Shown here one piece after another: positions 50,362 to 60,020 of a stretch of DNA of 64,000 nucleotides. The stretch is taken from the NCBI GenBank assembly GCA_963741945.1, contig CAVUKA010000001.1, positions 1,248,001 through 1,312,000 of the forward strand, read 5' to 3'. The DNA is from an uncultured Gemmatimonadales bacterium. Its GTDB lineage: Bacteria; Gemmatimonadota; Gemmatimonadetes; Longimicrobiales; RSA9. A program made the position numbers and the translations under genes. The notes beneath the pieces were generated by a model that was given only the letters and a program-made list of their open reading frames with translations, had not been told where the DNA came from and ran no database searches. Within the stretch, counting starts at the first letter, position 1. Each line of letters begins with the position of its first letter.

Positions 50362-51942
50362 TCAGGCGGGGGCGGGGTCGGCGCGGCCGCGGGCGGGGAT
50401 GGCGGCCATGGCGCGCTCGGCGAGCGCGGTGATGGTGAGGGAGGGATTGACGCCGGGGTTGGCGGAAACGGCGGAGCCATCGACGATGAAGAGGCCGGGG
50501 TAGTTCCAGACCTGGTGATCGGGGCGGATGACGCCGGACGCGGGGGCATCGCCCATGACGCAGCCGCCGAGGATGTGGGCGGTGGTCGGGGTGGCCATGA
50601 GGGTTTCCATGATGAAGCTGACGGGGTAGCCGCCGGTTTTCCGGGCGATCTCCTCTCCGATGCGGGTGGCTTCGGGGATGGAGGCGCGCGGGGCGGCGCC
50701 GGGCTCGGCGAGGGTGACGAGGGTGCGAGCGCGTCGTCGCAGCCTCAGGCTGAGGTGTGAGTCGTCGGTGCTCATGTAGAGCAGGATCATGGTATGGCGG
50801 GCCCAGTCGCGGACGAGGCCAGTGCGGATGGTGCCGAGCGGGTGCCGCAGGACGCGGTGCAGGGCGGCGGCGAGGCGGCGGGCGAGGGTTTCGCCGGGGG
50901 CGTGGGGTGCCTGGAGGAAGCGGAGTGCGCCGGAGCCGGGCGGGTAGCGAACGGGTTCGAGGCTGGCCCGTCCGCCGACGTCCAGGATGGAGGTGATGGC
51001 CACGCCGTCGGCCATCTCCTTCCGGGGCGCGACGACGCCCATGAGCACCTCGGAGTTGGTGCGCACGAAATCGCCGACGCGCGGGGACAGGTCGGGGAGG
51101 CCGTGGGGATCGTCGCTCATGCGGAGGAGGAGCGGGACGGTGCCGAGGACGCCGCCGGCGAGGAAGACGCAGTCGGCCGTGTAGCTGTGCTTCCGCCGGG
51201 GCCACGGCCGCGAGCCCTCGCGCGTCTCGACGCGATAGCCGTCCGCGAGGGGTCGGACGGCGGTGACTTCGGCGAGGGTGCGGATCTCGGCGCCGCGTCG
51301 CTCGGCGAGCCACAGGTAGTTGCGGTCGAGCGTGTTCTTGGCGCCGAAGCGGCAGCCGACCATGCATCCGCCGCAACGCGTGCACCCGGTCCGCTCCGGT
51401 CCGCTGCCGCCGAAGTAGGGGTCGGGCACGGTCACGCCGGGCTCGCCGAAGTAGACGCTGACGTGGGTCGGGCGGTGGTGCTCGCTGCGTCCCATGGCGG
51501 TGGCGAGCTCCGCCACGACGCGGTCGGGGTAGGTGTCGAACGGGACCTCGGCGGCGCCGAGCATGCGCCGGGCCGTCTGGTAGTGGGGCTCGAGCTCCGT
51601 CCGCCAGTCGTCGGCCAGGTGGCTCCAGGAGGGGGCGTTGAAGAACCCCTCGCGCGGCTCCTGCAGCACGCCGGCATAGACCAGCGACCCACCGCCCACG
51701 CCCACCCCCGTGAGGGCGGTCAGGTGGCGCAGGAAATTCATGCGGAAGGGGCCGCGCAGTCCGAGGTTGGGGGCCCAGAGCCAGCGCCGGAGGTTCCAGT
51801 TCCGGCGGGCGAAATCGGCGCTGTCGAACCGCCGCCCCTTCTCCAGGACGAGGACCCGGTAGCCCTTCTCCGCCAGGCGCAGCGCGGCGACGCTCCCGCC
51901 GAAGCCCGACCCGATGACGATGCAGTCCCAGCGCTCGGTCAT
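50362..51942 (-). CDS. GMC oxidoreductase, cholesterol oxidase (ChoD)-like
   Basis: VIGSGFGGSVAALRL, GVGGGSLVY, CGGCMVGC..KNTLD, TAHILGGC, NPGVNPSLTI. Confidence 0.9.
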   Translation of the reverse strand: MTERWDCIVIGSGFGGSVAALRLAEKGYRVLVLEKGRRFDSADFARRNWNLRRWLWAPNLGLRGPFRMNFLRHLTALTGVGVGGGSLVYAGVLQEPREGFFNAPSWSHLADDWRTELEPHYQTARRMLGAAEVPFDTYPDRVVAELATAMGRSEHHRPTHVSVYFGEPGVTVPDPYFGGSGPERTGCTRCGGCMVGCRFGAKNTLDRNYLWLAERRGAEIRTLAEVTAVRPLADGYRVETREGSRPWPRRKHSYTADCVFLAGGVLGTVPLLLRMSDDPHGLPDLSPRVGDFVRTNSEVLMGVVAPRKEMADGVAITSILDVGGRASLEPVRYPPGSGALRFLQAPHAPGETLARRLAAALHRVLRHPLGTIRTGLVRDWARHTMILLYMSTDDSHLSLRLRRRARTLVTLAEPGAAPRASIPEATRIGEEIARKTGGYPVSFIMETLMATPTTAHILGGCVMGDAPASGVIRPDHQVWNYPGLFIVDGSAVSANPGVNPSLTITALAERAMAAIPARGRADPAPA

Positions 51943-52075
51943 GACAACAAGGTAGGCTCCGGCGCGCTCGGCCGCGACGGCGACGGGCGCGGGGCGCCGC
52001 CCTCCCGGCGGTCGCGGGCCGCGCTTACCTTGTCCAACGGTACGGGGCTCAGCGCTGTCCAACGGGAGAAGGAGG

Positions 52076-53935
52076 ATGGTGACCAGGAGGGAGGTCGGGG
52101 TGCGGATCGCGGGGTTCTTCTCGGAATTGCGGCGGCGGCGCGTCTGGCGGGTGGGGGGCGCGTACGTCCTCGTCGTCTGGATGGCCGTGGAGATCGTGAT
52201 CGAGACGTTCCCGCTCTTCGGGTTCCCGGAATGGGTGAGCCGCGGTGTGGTGGTGCTCGCCTTCCTCGGCTTCCCGGTTACGCTGATCCTGGCGTGGGCG
52301 TTCGACATCACGCCCGAGGGCGTGGTCCGAACGGCATCGTTGAAGGACCTCCCGCAAGGGGGCGTGCCGCCGACCCTTTCGCCGGCGGAGGCGGGCGCGG
52401 GCGCGCTGGCGCCGTCGTCGCACCCGCAGGTGGTGATGCAGCGGCGCCCGCTGCGCATGGCCGGCGTGTTCGGCGCCGGGATCGTCGTCGCCCTCGTCGG
52501 ATTCGGCGCATACGCTGCGTTCATCCCGGGCGCCGTGGTGCACCCGGAGCGGGTGGATGCGGTGGCGGTGCTCCCGTTCTCGGACCTGAGCCCGGCGCAG
52601 GATCAGGGGTTCTTCGCCGACGGGGTGACGGAAGAGCTGATCAACCGGCTGGCGCGGATCCGGGATATCCGCGTGGCGGCGCGGGCGTCGTCGTTCGCGT
52701 TCCGCAGCCGCGAGGCGGGACTGGAGGAGATCGGGCGACGGCTGGGAGTGGATGCGCTGGTGGAGGGGAGCGTCCGCCGCGACGGCAACCAGCTGCGCGT
52801 CACGGTGGAGCTCGTGGATGTGAAGTCCGGCTTCCAGATCTGGTCCCAGCAGTACGACCGCACCGCCAGCGACATTTTCGGCATCCAGGACGAGATCTCC
52901 GACGCCATCGCCGAGGCGCTCCGGCTCCAGCTGGTGGCGGGAACGTCGGAGCTGCGTGCGGGCACGTCCAGCGTCCGCGCCCACGACGCCTACCTCCTGG
53001 GCCTGGCACGCTGGCACGGCCGCACGGAGGCCGACCTGCGGCGAGCGCTCGAGTACTTCCAGCAGGCGCTCGCGGAGGACGAGTCGTACGCCCTGGCCCA
53101 CGCCGGCATCGCGCTGACGTATGCCGTCCTGCCGGTTTACAGCGACTTCCCCGTGGACTCGGCCATCTCGCTGGGCACCGAGGCCGCCGCCCGCGCGCTG
53201 GCGCTGGACGCGCAACTCGCCGAAGCGCACGCTGCGCTCGGGCAGATCGCGCAGACGCTCGAATGGAATCTCGAGGGGGCCGCCATGGCGTACCGGCGCG
53301 CGCTCGAGTTCCAGCCCAACTACGCCACGGGGCACCAGTGGTACGCCGAGACGCTGCTCATGATGGGGCGGCTCGCGGAGGCGAGGGTGGAGGTGGACCG
53401 CGCTCTGGACATCGACCCGCTCTCGCTGCCGGCGCGCTACATCCTGGGTTACCTGGAGACGGTCGACCACGACTACGACAGCGCCCGGGGGACCCTGGCC
53501 CGGGTCACCGACGCGAACCCCGGCTACATCGTCGGCCAGCGCGGGCTGCTCCTGCTCTGTCTGGCGGCGGGGTGCCCGGCCGGGCAGGCGGAAGCGGCAG
53601 CGCGGGCGGTGTACCCGCCGGACGTGGCCGCCAGCGTCGTGGCCGTGGTCGGGGCCGTGGCGGATCCCGGCCGGCGAGGCACGGCGCTGGAGGGGCTGGA
53701 ACGCATCGAAGCCTCGCTCTCGCCCGCGCAGGCCGCGCTCTTCCATGCGGCGCTCGGTGATCGCGCGGCGGCAGTCGAGCGGCTCGAGCGGGCATACAAC
53801 GAGGGAGTGGACCCGAACCTCCCGTTCTACATGGTCCACCCCCTCTTCGACCCGCTGCGCCCGGATCCCCGGTTTCAGGCCATAGCCGACGCCATCGGCG
53901 TGGAGGCCCCCGCCGCTCGCCTGCCGGCGCGCTGA
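52076..53935 (+). CDS. Membrane-anchored TolB-N-like/TPR protein with 'ELRRR' N-terminal module
   Basis: ELRRRRVWR..AWAFDITPEG; AVLPFSDLS..FADGVTEELI; TPRs; DPLRPDPRF. Confidence 0.85.
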   Translation: MVTRREVGVRIAGFFSELRRRRVWRVGGAYVLVVWMAVEIVIETFPLFGFPEWVSRGVVVLAFLGFPVTLILAWAFDITPEGVVRTASLKDLPQGGVPPTLSPAEAGAGALAPSSHPQVVMQRRPLRMAGVFGAGIVVALVGFGAYAAFIPGAVVHPERVDAVAVLPFSDLSPAQDQGFFADGVTEELINRLARIRDIRVAARASSFAFRSREAGLEEIGRRLGVDALVEGSVRRDGNQLRVTVELVDVKSGFQIWSQQYDRTASDIFGIQDEISDAIAEALRLQLVAGTSELRAGTSSVRAHDAYLLGLARWHGRTEADLRRALEYFQQALAEDESYALAHAGIALTYAVLPVYSDFPVDSAISLGTEAAARALALDAQLAEAHAALGQIAQTLEWNLEGAAMAYRRALEFQPNYATGHQWYAETLLMMGRLAEARVEVDRALDIDPLSLPARYILGYLETVDHDYDSARGTLARVTDANPGYIVGQRGLLLLCLAAGCPAGQAEAAARAVYPPDVAASVVAVVGAVADPGRRGTALEGLERIEASLSPAQAALFHAALGDRAAAVERLERAYNEGVDPNLPFYMVHPLFDPLRPDPRFQAIADAIGVEAPAARLPAR

Positions 53936-53939
53936 CGCC

Positions 53940-54857
53940 TCAGGCCACCGGCGTCGGCCCCATCTCCCGGACCACACCCGCCGCCGTGGGGCGGAACAGG
54001 AGGACCGGCAGCTGTACGCTCCGGACCACGCTCTCCGCCACGCTGCCCATCATGATCCTGCGCAGGCCGCCGCGGCCGTGCGTGGCCATGGCGACCAGGT
54101 CCACGTCCTCGCGCCGCGCCTCGGCCACGATCCCCGCCCCGGGGTTCGCGTGCTCCACCACCCGAACGTCCACCGGGCCGATCTCCGGCGGGATCCGCTC
54201 ACGAACTTCCCTCAGCGAACGCTCCGCCGCTTCCGCAGTCCGGTCGCCGGGTCTCAGCAACCGCACGAGGCCGTTGTAGCGGGTCACGACCTCCAGCAGC
54301 GACACCCGGGCGCCCGTGGCCCGCGCCAGCTCCAGCGCCGGCGCGACGGCTTCCCGGGAGAAGTCGGAGCCGTCGAGCGCGATCAGGATACGACGGAGGG
54401 GGAGCAGCGGCCGCTCGATCGGGGTAACCAGCACGGGGAGGCCGCCCGTCCTCACCAGCTCCCGCGTGCACCAGTTCAACCCGTCCAGGTGCAGATCCCG
54501 CGCGGGCGCGATGACCAGCAGCTTCTCGTCCGGTCGTCCCAGATCCCCGCTCAGCGGCGGGTGCACCACCCGCGTGGAAATGGTCAGCTCCGGCTCGTCC
54601 TCCGCCAGCCGGTCCGCGATGTCGGTGAGCCAGTCCAGCTCAGCGGCTTCCGCGTCCAGGTCCAGCCCCGTCCAGCGCTCCACCACGTGCTGGTACCGGT
54701 ACTGCGGAAGCGCTTGGAGCTCGGCCGGCGCTTCGGCGCACTGGTGGACGTGCAGGAGCGTGAGCTCGCAGCGCAGGTCTCGGGCGAGGGTACGGGCGTG
54801 GGCCAGGCACGGGGTCTCGGCGTCCTCGGCCAGCGGCACGATGACACGGTCGTACAT
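53940..54857 (-). CDS. Universal stress protein (tandem Usp domains)
   Basis: RRILIALDGS; MATHGRGG..MGSVAESVV; AAGGAGG RBS. Confidence 0.9.
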   Translation of the reverse strand: MYDRVIVPLAEDAETPCLAHARTLARDLRCELTLLHVHQCAEAPAELQALPQYRYQHVVERWTGLDLDAEAAELDWLTDIADRLAEDEPELTISTRVVHPPLSGDLGRPDEKLLVIAPARDLHLDGLNWCTRELVRTGGLPVLVTPIERPLLPLRRILIALDGSDFSREAVAPALELARATGARVSLLEVVTRYNGLVRLLRPGDRTAEAAERSLREVRERIPPEIGPVDVRVVEHANPGAGIVAEARREDVDLVAMATHGRGGLRRIMMGSVAESVVRSVQLPVLLFRPTAAGVVREMGPTPVA

Positions 54858-55030
54858 GCGGCCTCCTTGGAACGGGCGAGCGGAGCGAGGGACTCTATCT
54901 ACAATTTCGGGCGTGGCGCCGCCTCTGTCTGTCGGAAATTTCTTGATCCTCCCGTGGGGCGCTTCCCGAGCCGTGCCGCCAGGCCGGAGAACCGGTTGCG
55001 GCCGTTCCGGCCGCGTGGTAGCCTCCCGGC

Positions 55031-55696
55031 ATGCCCACACCGGCCGTGGAAGACTACCTGAAAGCGATCTACCTCCTCTCCGAGGGAGAGGGCGGGGCCG
55101 TGGTCGGCACGTCGGCGATCGCCGAGCGCCTCGGCGTCGCGCCGGCGTCGGTGACGGGGATGCTGAAGCGGCTCGGGACGCAGGGGCTGGTGCGCCACGA
55201 GCGCTACCAGGGCGCGTCGCTTACGGCGCCAGGGAAGCGCGAAGCCATCCGGATGATCCGGCGTCACCGGGTCCTGGAACTGTTCCTGGTGGAGGTGCTG
55301 GGCTACACGTGGGACCTGGTCCACGAGGAGGCGGAGCGACTCGAGCACGCCGCTTCGGATGCCATGGTGGACCGCATGGCGCGTGTGCTGGGGGACCCGG
55401 AAGTGGACCCGCACGGCCACCCCATTCCCAGCGCCGCGGGGAAGATGGACGCGCTGGCGCTCCCCACGCTCGCGGAGCTCGAAGCGCACACGCCCGCGGT
55501 CCTGCGCCGCGTACCGGACGACGACGCGGAAGCGCTGCGCTACATGGCGCGTCTCAACCTGGTCCCCGGCGTGGAAGTGGAGGTGATCGAGCGCGGACCG
55601 GCGCAGGGCCCGCTCCGCATCCGGGTGGGGTCGGGGGAAGAAGTGGTGAGTCGCGATCTCGCGTCCCGGGTCCACGTCGAGCGAACACCGCCGTAG
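55031..55696 (+). CDS. DtxR/MntR family metal-dependent regulator with FeoA-like C-domain
   Basis: EDYLKAIY, SVTGMLKRL, RRHRVLE, HEEAERLEH, DPHGHPIP. Confidence 0.93.
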   Translation: MPTPAVEDYLKAIYLLSEGEGGAVVGTSAIAERLGVAPASVTGMLKRLGTQGLVRHERYQGASLTAPGKREAIRMIRRHRVLELFLVEVLGYTWDLVHEEAERLEHAASDAMVDRMARVLGDPEVDPHGHPIPSAAGKMDALALPTLAELEAHTPAVLRRVPDDDAEALRYMARLNLVPGVEVEVIERGPAQGPLRIRVGSGEEVVSRDLASRVHVERTPP

Positions 55697-55725
55697 CGTC
55701 CAGCAGCGGCCGCGCCCCGCCCGCG

Positions 55726-56553
55726 TCAGGAGCCCTGGAGCGCCCGGTACGCCTTCATGTGCCGGAGCGCGGACACGCCGTCGCCGAGGCGCTCGCACGC
55801 GAGGGAGAGGTGGTAGTGCGCGTCGGCCCAGCCCGGCTCCGTCCCCACCGCGAGCGTGAACGCATCCCTCGCCGCCCGCCCGCGCCCCACATCCTCGAGG
55901 GCGACGCCGAGGTGGAACGCCGCGCTCGCGTGGCCGCCGCCGCTCGCTTCCAGTGCGCGACGGTACTGCACGATGGCCGCTTCCGTCGCCCCTTCCTCGT
56001 AGAACAGGCGGCCGAGGTGGAGCAGCGCGTCGGCGTGCCCGGGCTCCAGCGCCACCGCCCGGGAGAACGCTTCACGGGCCTGCGCCGGTGCGTGCGTCTC
56101 CAGCTCGAGGCCGAGGTCGAACCACTCCGCCGCGGACTCGGCACGCTCCCCGGCCGCGCCCAGGGCTCGGACCGCCAGCGGCTCGGCGCGGGCCGCGAGG
56201 TCGGCCACATCGAACACCAGGTGCATCTGCCCCGATGCGGGCGCCCAGGCATTGGCGCCATCGCGCACCACCACCTCATCGCCGTCCGCCGCGATGCGGA
56301 CTGCGGTGAGGGAGCGATCGTGTGGCAGCTGCTCCTTCAGGCGACGCAGGGCGATCACGATCCGGCGCTGGGGGACCGCCACGTCCATCAGCCCCTTGGC
56401 CGTGCGCAGCAGCACCAGGTCCTGGAAGCCGAAACGGTAATGGTTTCCGGGGCCCCGCTCGGGGTCGAGCACGCCCGACCGCGCGTAGTCCCTGACCTGT
56501 CGCGGACTCAGACCGAGCAGGTCCGCCACCTCCTTCGTGCTGTAGCCTTTCAT
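55726..56553 (-). CDS. MerR-type HTH + TPR protein
   Basis: YSTKEVADLLGL..YRFGFQDLVLLR; SGQMHLVF; TPRs with ADAHYHL. Confidence 0.8.
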   Translation of the reverse strand: MKGYSTKEVADLLGLSPRQVRDYARSGVLDPERGPGNHYRFGFQDLVLLRTAKGLMDVAVPQRRIVIALRRLKEQLPHDRSLTAVRIAADGDEVVVRDGANAWAPASGQMHLVFDVADLAARAEPLAVRALGAAGERAESAAEWFDLGLELETHAPAQAREAFSRAVALEPGHADALLHLGRLFYEEGATEAAIVQYRRALEASGGGHASAAFHLGVALEDVGRGRAARDAFTLAVGTEPGWADAHYHLSLACERLGDGVSALRHMKAYRALQGS

Positions 56554-56638
56554 CGCCCCCGTCGCGCCGCTGTTCGATTCATGCGCCTGGAGAATAGCCC
56601 GTTGAGAGGCGCGGATGACACCCCTACCTTCCCCACTC

Positions 56639-57310
56639 ATGGCACGGACCCTGGAGATCTCCATCCCCGGGCACGGGCGCGTCGGCGCCCTGTTGGACCG
56701 CCCCGACCGGCCGCGCGCCCTCCTGGCCCTCGCCCACGGCGCCGGCGCCGGCATGCGACACACGTTCATGGCCGCCGTGAGCCGCGGACTCCTCGCCCAC
56801 GGGGTGGCCACGCTCCGCTACCAGTTCCCCTACATGGAGGCCGGACGCAAGCGTCCCGACAGCCCGGCCGTGGCCGTGGCCACGGTGCGGGCCGCCACGC
56901 GCTACGCCCGGGATGCGGCGGACGGGCTCCCCTTTTTCGCGGGCGGCAAGTCGTTCGGCGGCCGCATGACGTCGCAGGCCGCAGCGGAAGAGCCCCTGCC
57001 GGGAGCGCGGGGGCTGGTGTTCCTCGGCTTCCCTCTTCACGCCGCCGGCCGCCCCGGCACGGCGCGCGCCGACCACTTGCGCGGGGTGCCGCTCCCGATG
57101 CTCTTCGTCCAGGGCACGCGTGACCCCCTGGCCGAGCCAGCGCTCATCGAGGATGTCGCGGCCGGCATGGCCGACAAGGCGACGCTCCACGTCATACAGG
57201 GCGGGGATCATTCCTTCCGCGTGCTGAAACGCTCCGGCCGGACGGACGAGGAAGCGCTGGGAGAGGTGGTGGACGTCGTCGCCGGCTGGATCCTCGACCG
57301 CTCCGGCTGA
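56639..57310 (+). CDS. Alpha/beta hydrolase (dienelactone hydrolase/KANL3-like)
   Basis: [32 protein letters not shown]. Confidence 0.88.
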   Translation: MARTLEISIPGHGRVGALLDRPDRPRALLALAHGAGAGMRHTFMAAVSRGLLAHGVATLRYQFPYMEAGRKRPDSPAVAVATVRAATRYARDAADGLPFFAGGKSFGGRMTSQAAAEEPLPGARGLVFLGFPLHAAGRPGTARADHLRGVPLPMLFVQGTRDPLAEPALIEDVAAGMADKATLHVIQGGDHSFRVLKRSGRTDEEALGEVVDVVAGWILDRSG

Positions 57311-57328
57311 AGCTGCGCCGCGGCCGCG

Positions 57329-58285
57329 CTACGGCACCCGCACCAGGGAGTACTCCCGGCGGATCTCCCGGCCATCGGCGGTGTGCACGATCAGCGGTAT
57401 CATCCGTCGGGGCGCCCCTCCCTGCGCGATCAGCGTGGTCCGGAAGGGGAGCGCCCGTGACGGTGGATCCGCCGCCGCCACCACACGGCCGTCCAGCGAA
57501 ACAGCCACCACGCCGGCGGTATCCTGGGCCACGCCGGCCACGCGGATGGTGTCACCCGGTGCCACCAGGGCCATGTGCTGCGGTTCACCCCAGCCTTCCG
57601 GCGAGGAGATGAGGACGCCGCCGTCCCGCATCATGTCCTCGCTCAAGGCCCTGAGCTGCTCGATACCTCCGATGGAGTCGAGCGCGCCCATGGCCTGCTG
57701 CATGGCGGCCCGCCAGTCCGCGGATGGCGGGATCGCGCCCTCCCCCTCGGCCCCGGGCGCCGAGATCTCCGGGATGGGCGGCACTGGCACGCCCGGTCGG
57801 TTGCGCCGCTCGGCCCGGGAAACGGGCGCGCCATCCCCTGTTTCACCCGCCACACCGTCAGCCTGGCCCTCCGGCGGACCGCCATTGCTCAGGAGCAGCG
57901 CCACGCCGACACCGCTCCCGATCGCCACCAGGAGGACGGCCACGGCCGCTATCCACGTGGGACCGCTGCCGCCTCCGGCGGCGGCGGGAGCGGACCCGGT
58001 CGGCTCGCCCGGCCCAGAGGGGGCGGGCTCCTCGTCGGTCTGCCGGTGGATGCCGCCCGGCCCGAGCTCGAAGACCCACGCGAGGACGAGGACGGCCGGG
58101 AAGCCGACGGCGGCGGCGATGATGACGGCGGTGACCACGCTCTGGGGCCAGCCCAGGTTCGGCGCCACCACGTCGGCGAACTGGATCGCGGCCCAGGCGG
58201 CGACGAGATAGACGGCGGCGGTCTGCGGCACGTGACGGCGCCGCAGCTCCTGGATGAATTGCTGCACTGGAGATCGCTGGCCCAT
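57329..58285 (-). CDS. Membrane protein with 'ELRRR' N-terminal module and Ig-like C-terminal domain
   Basis: ELRRRHV..YLVAAW..AWVFELGP; third TM; VAGVAQD..GVVAVSLDG beta domain. Confidence 0.7.
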   Translation of the reverse strand: MGQRSPVQQFIQELRRRHVPQTAAVYLVAAWAAIQFADVVAPNLGWPQSVVTAVIIAAAVGFPAVLVLAWVFELGPGGIHRQTDEEPAPSGPGEPTGSAPAAAGGGSGPTWIAAVAVLLVAIGSGVGVALLLSNGGPPEGQADGVAGETGDGAPVSRAERRNRPGVPVPPIPEISAPGAEGEGAIPPSADWRAAMQQAMGALDSIGGIEQLRALSEDMMRDGGVLISSPEGWGEPQHMALVAPGDTIRVAGVAQDTAGVVAVSLDGRVVAAADPPSRALPFRTTLIAQGGAPRRMIPLIVHTADGREIRREYSLVRVP

Positions 58286-58360
58286 GCTACAGAGATGCGA
58301 AACGGCCCGCGCTCAGGATAGTCGCGGGCCGCCCGCCCTGCAACGCCGGCCCTCTTCCCG

Positions 58361-58780
58361 TCAGTCCTCCAGGTCCGCCTCCGCCCGCGGTCCCGTCACC
58401 GCAACCCACTGCTCCCCGTCGAGGCGCATCATGCTCCACGTATTGACGGTCCCGCAGTCGGGGCAGTGGGCGTGCGTCTCATCGATGATCTCCAGCTCGA
58501 CCACGCGCTGGCACCCGTCGCACAACGCGCGGACATGCTCGAGACGCTGCGGGCGCAGGCCGCTGCGCGCCAGGCGCACGCCCATCACCACCCGCGGCAC
58601 CCGGAACACGGAGCAGAGTGGACTGGTGCACTGGGGGCCGAAATCCAGGCACACCAGCTCGCCGGCGTCCGGGAGGGTGGCGTGTCCCCCGTGGAGCGGC
58701 GCCGGGGAGAGGGTGACGGTGACGTCGTGACCGCACTTCGGGCAGTAGAGCGTCCGCGTTTCACCCGGTCCAGCATCCAT
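58361..58780 (-). CDS. Cys-rich protein: five-Cys domain plus C-terminal Zn ribbon
   Basis: YCPKC..VCLDFGPQCTSPLC..RSGLR, then CDGC..CPDC; GAGGAGG RBS. Confidence 0.75.
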   Translation of the reverse strand: MDAGPGETRTLYCPKCGHDVTVTLSPAPLHGGHATLPDAGELVCLDFGPQCTSPLCSVFRVPRVVMGVRLARSGLRPQRLEHVRALCDGCQRVVELEIIDETHAHCPDCGTVNTWSMMRLDGEQWVAVTGPRAEADLED

Positions 58781-58792
58781 GGTGTATCCTCC

Positions 58793-59014
58793 TCAGCTCT
58801 GCTTCCGGAGGCCACTGCGGTCCAGCTCGTCCCGCATCTGTTCCGGCGCGACGCCGAACAGCGGGCAGAGCGCGCCGGTGCACGTGTCGCCGTAGGCGAG
58901 GCACACCATGGCGTCCGTGGGGATCGGCTCCCCGGGAACGGGCTCGAAGTCCGGCCGGAGCGCGATCTCGACCTCACGGTCGCAAGCCGAGCAGTACGCC
59001 TTGTGCATGCTCAT
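58793..59014 (-). CDS. Small five-Cys protein, paralog of the downstream gene
   Basis: YCSAC..VCLAYGDTCTGALC..RSGLR; AGGAG RBS. Confidence 0.75.
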   Translation of the reverse strand: MSMHKAYCSACDREVEIALRPDFEPVPGEPIPTDAMVCLAYGDTCTGALCPLFGVAPEQMRDELDRSGLRKQS

Positions 59015-59023
59015 GGTCTCCTC

Positions 59024-60019
59024 CTAGGCGATGTACAGCAGTTCCGCGCGCGGGTCCACCCGCCGGACCAGACGGTCGCCGGCGGCCGCGCTCTCACCGA
59101 ACGCGGCCGTCCCGCCCGCATCGGCATCAATGCACCGGTCGGCCGCCACGGTCACGCTGTGCTCGGCCGTGCGGCGGGGCGCCCCGGTGCCCGGATCTAT
59201 GAGGTGCGAATAGCGCCGCCCCCTGTAGTCGAAGTACTGCTCGTAATCGCCGGACGTGGCCACGGCGCGGTCGCTCATGCGGAAGCGCGCAATGAGTCCG
59301 GCCGGATTCGCGGGGTCGCGGACGCCGACCTCCCACGCGTCCCCATCCTCGGACATGCCCATGGCGTAGAGGTCCCCGCCCGCGTTGACCAGCGCGTTTT
59401 CGATGCCCATCTCCCGCAGCGCGGCCACCGCGCGGTCCACCGCGTATCCTTTCGCGATCCCGCCCAGGTCGAGGGAGACGGCCGGATCGTGATAGAGCAG
59501 GACATCGCTGCCGCCATGGCGCCCGAGCTCCAGGGCGCGGTACAGCCCGGAGCGGGCGACGCTCCGCACTTCACCCTCCGCGGGCGGCGCCTGCCGGTGC
59601 TTCACGTCCCACAGGCGCACGGCCCGTCCGATGGCCGGGTCGAACGCTCCGTCCGTCTTCGACGCCCAGTCGAGCGCGGAAGCGACCACCGTGGCTGTCG
59701 CGGCGCTCACCGGCACCGGCCGCTTCAGCGCCTCCAGGTTCGCGCGTCCCACTTCCGAATGGTCGCTGAAACGCGTCATGGTCCGGTCCACCGCACGCAG
59801 CTCCGCCAGAGCGGCATCGATGGCCGCCTCGGCCCGGCGCACGTCCGTGTGCACCACGCCCACTTCCGCGATCGTGCCCATGACCGGGATGGTGCGGCGG
59901 ACCAGGCGTGCGCGGCGGGGCCGGATCACGCCGGGCGTCGCCGCAACGACGAACGCGCCGAGGCCCAGGCTGATGAACTCGCGCCGCGTGGGGCGCCGGT
60001 CGCTTTCAGGATTCTTCAT
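59024..60019 (-). CDS. apbE: FAD:protein FMN transferase (ApbE/RnfF) with Tat-like signal
   Basis: TRREFI; VMGT, FDPAIG, DLGGIAKGYAVD, NAGGD, ATSGDYEQ, HLIDP. Confidence 0.92.
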   Translation of the reverse strand: MKNPESDRRPTRREFISLGLGAFVVAATPGVIRPRRARLVRRTIPVMGTIAEVGVVHTDVRRAEAAIDAALAELRAVDRTMTRFSDHSEVGRANLEALKRPVPVSAATATVVASALDWASKTDGAFDPAIGRAVRLWDVKHRQAPPAEGEVRSVARSGLYRALELGRHGGSDVLLYHDPAVSLDLGGIAKGYAVDRAVAALREMGIENALVNAGGDLYAMGMSEDGDAWEVGVRDPANPAGLIARFRMSDRAVATSGDYEQYFDYRGRRYSHLIDPGTGAPRRTAEHSVTVAADRCIDADAGGTAAFGESAAAGDRLVRRVDPRAELLYIA

Positions 60020-60020
60020 T

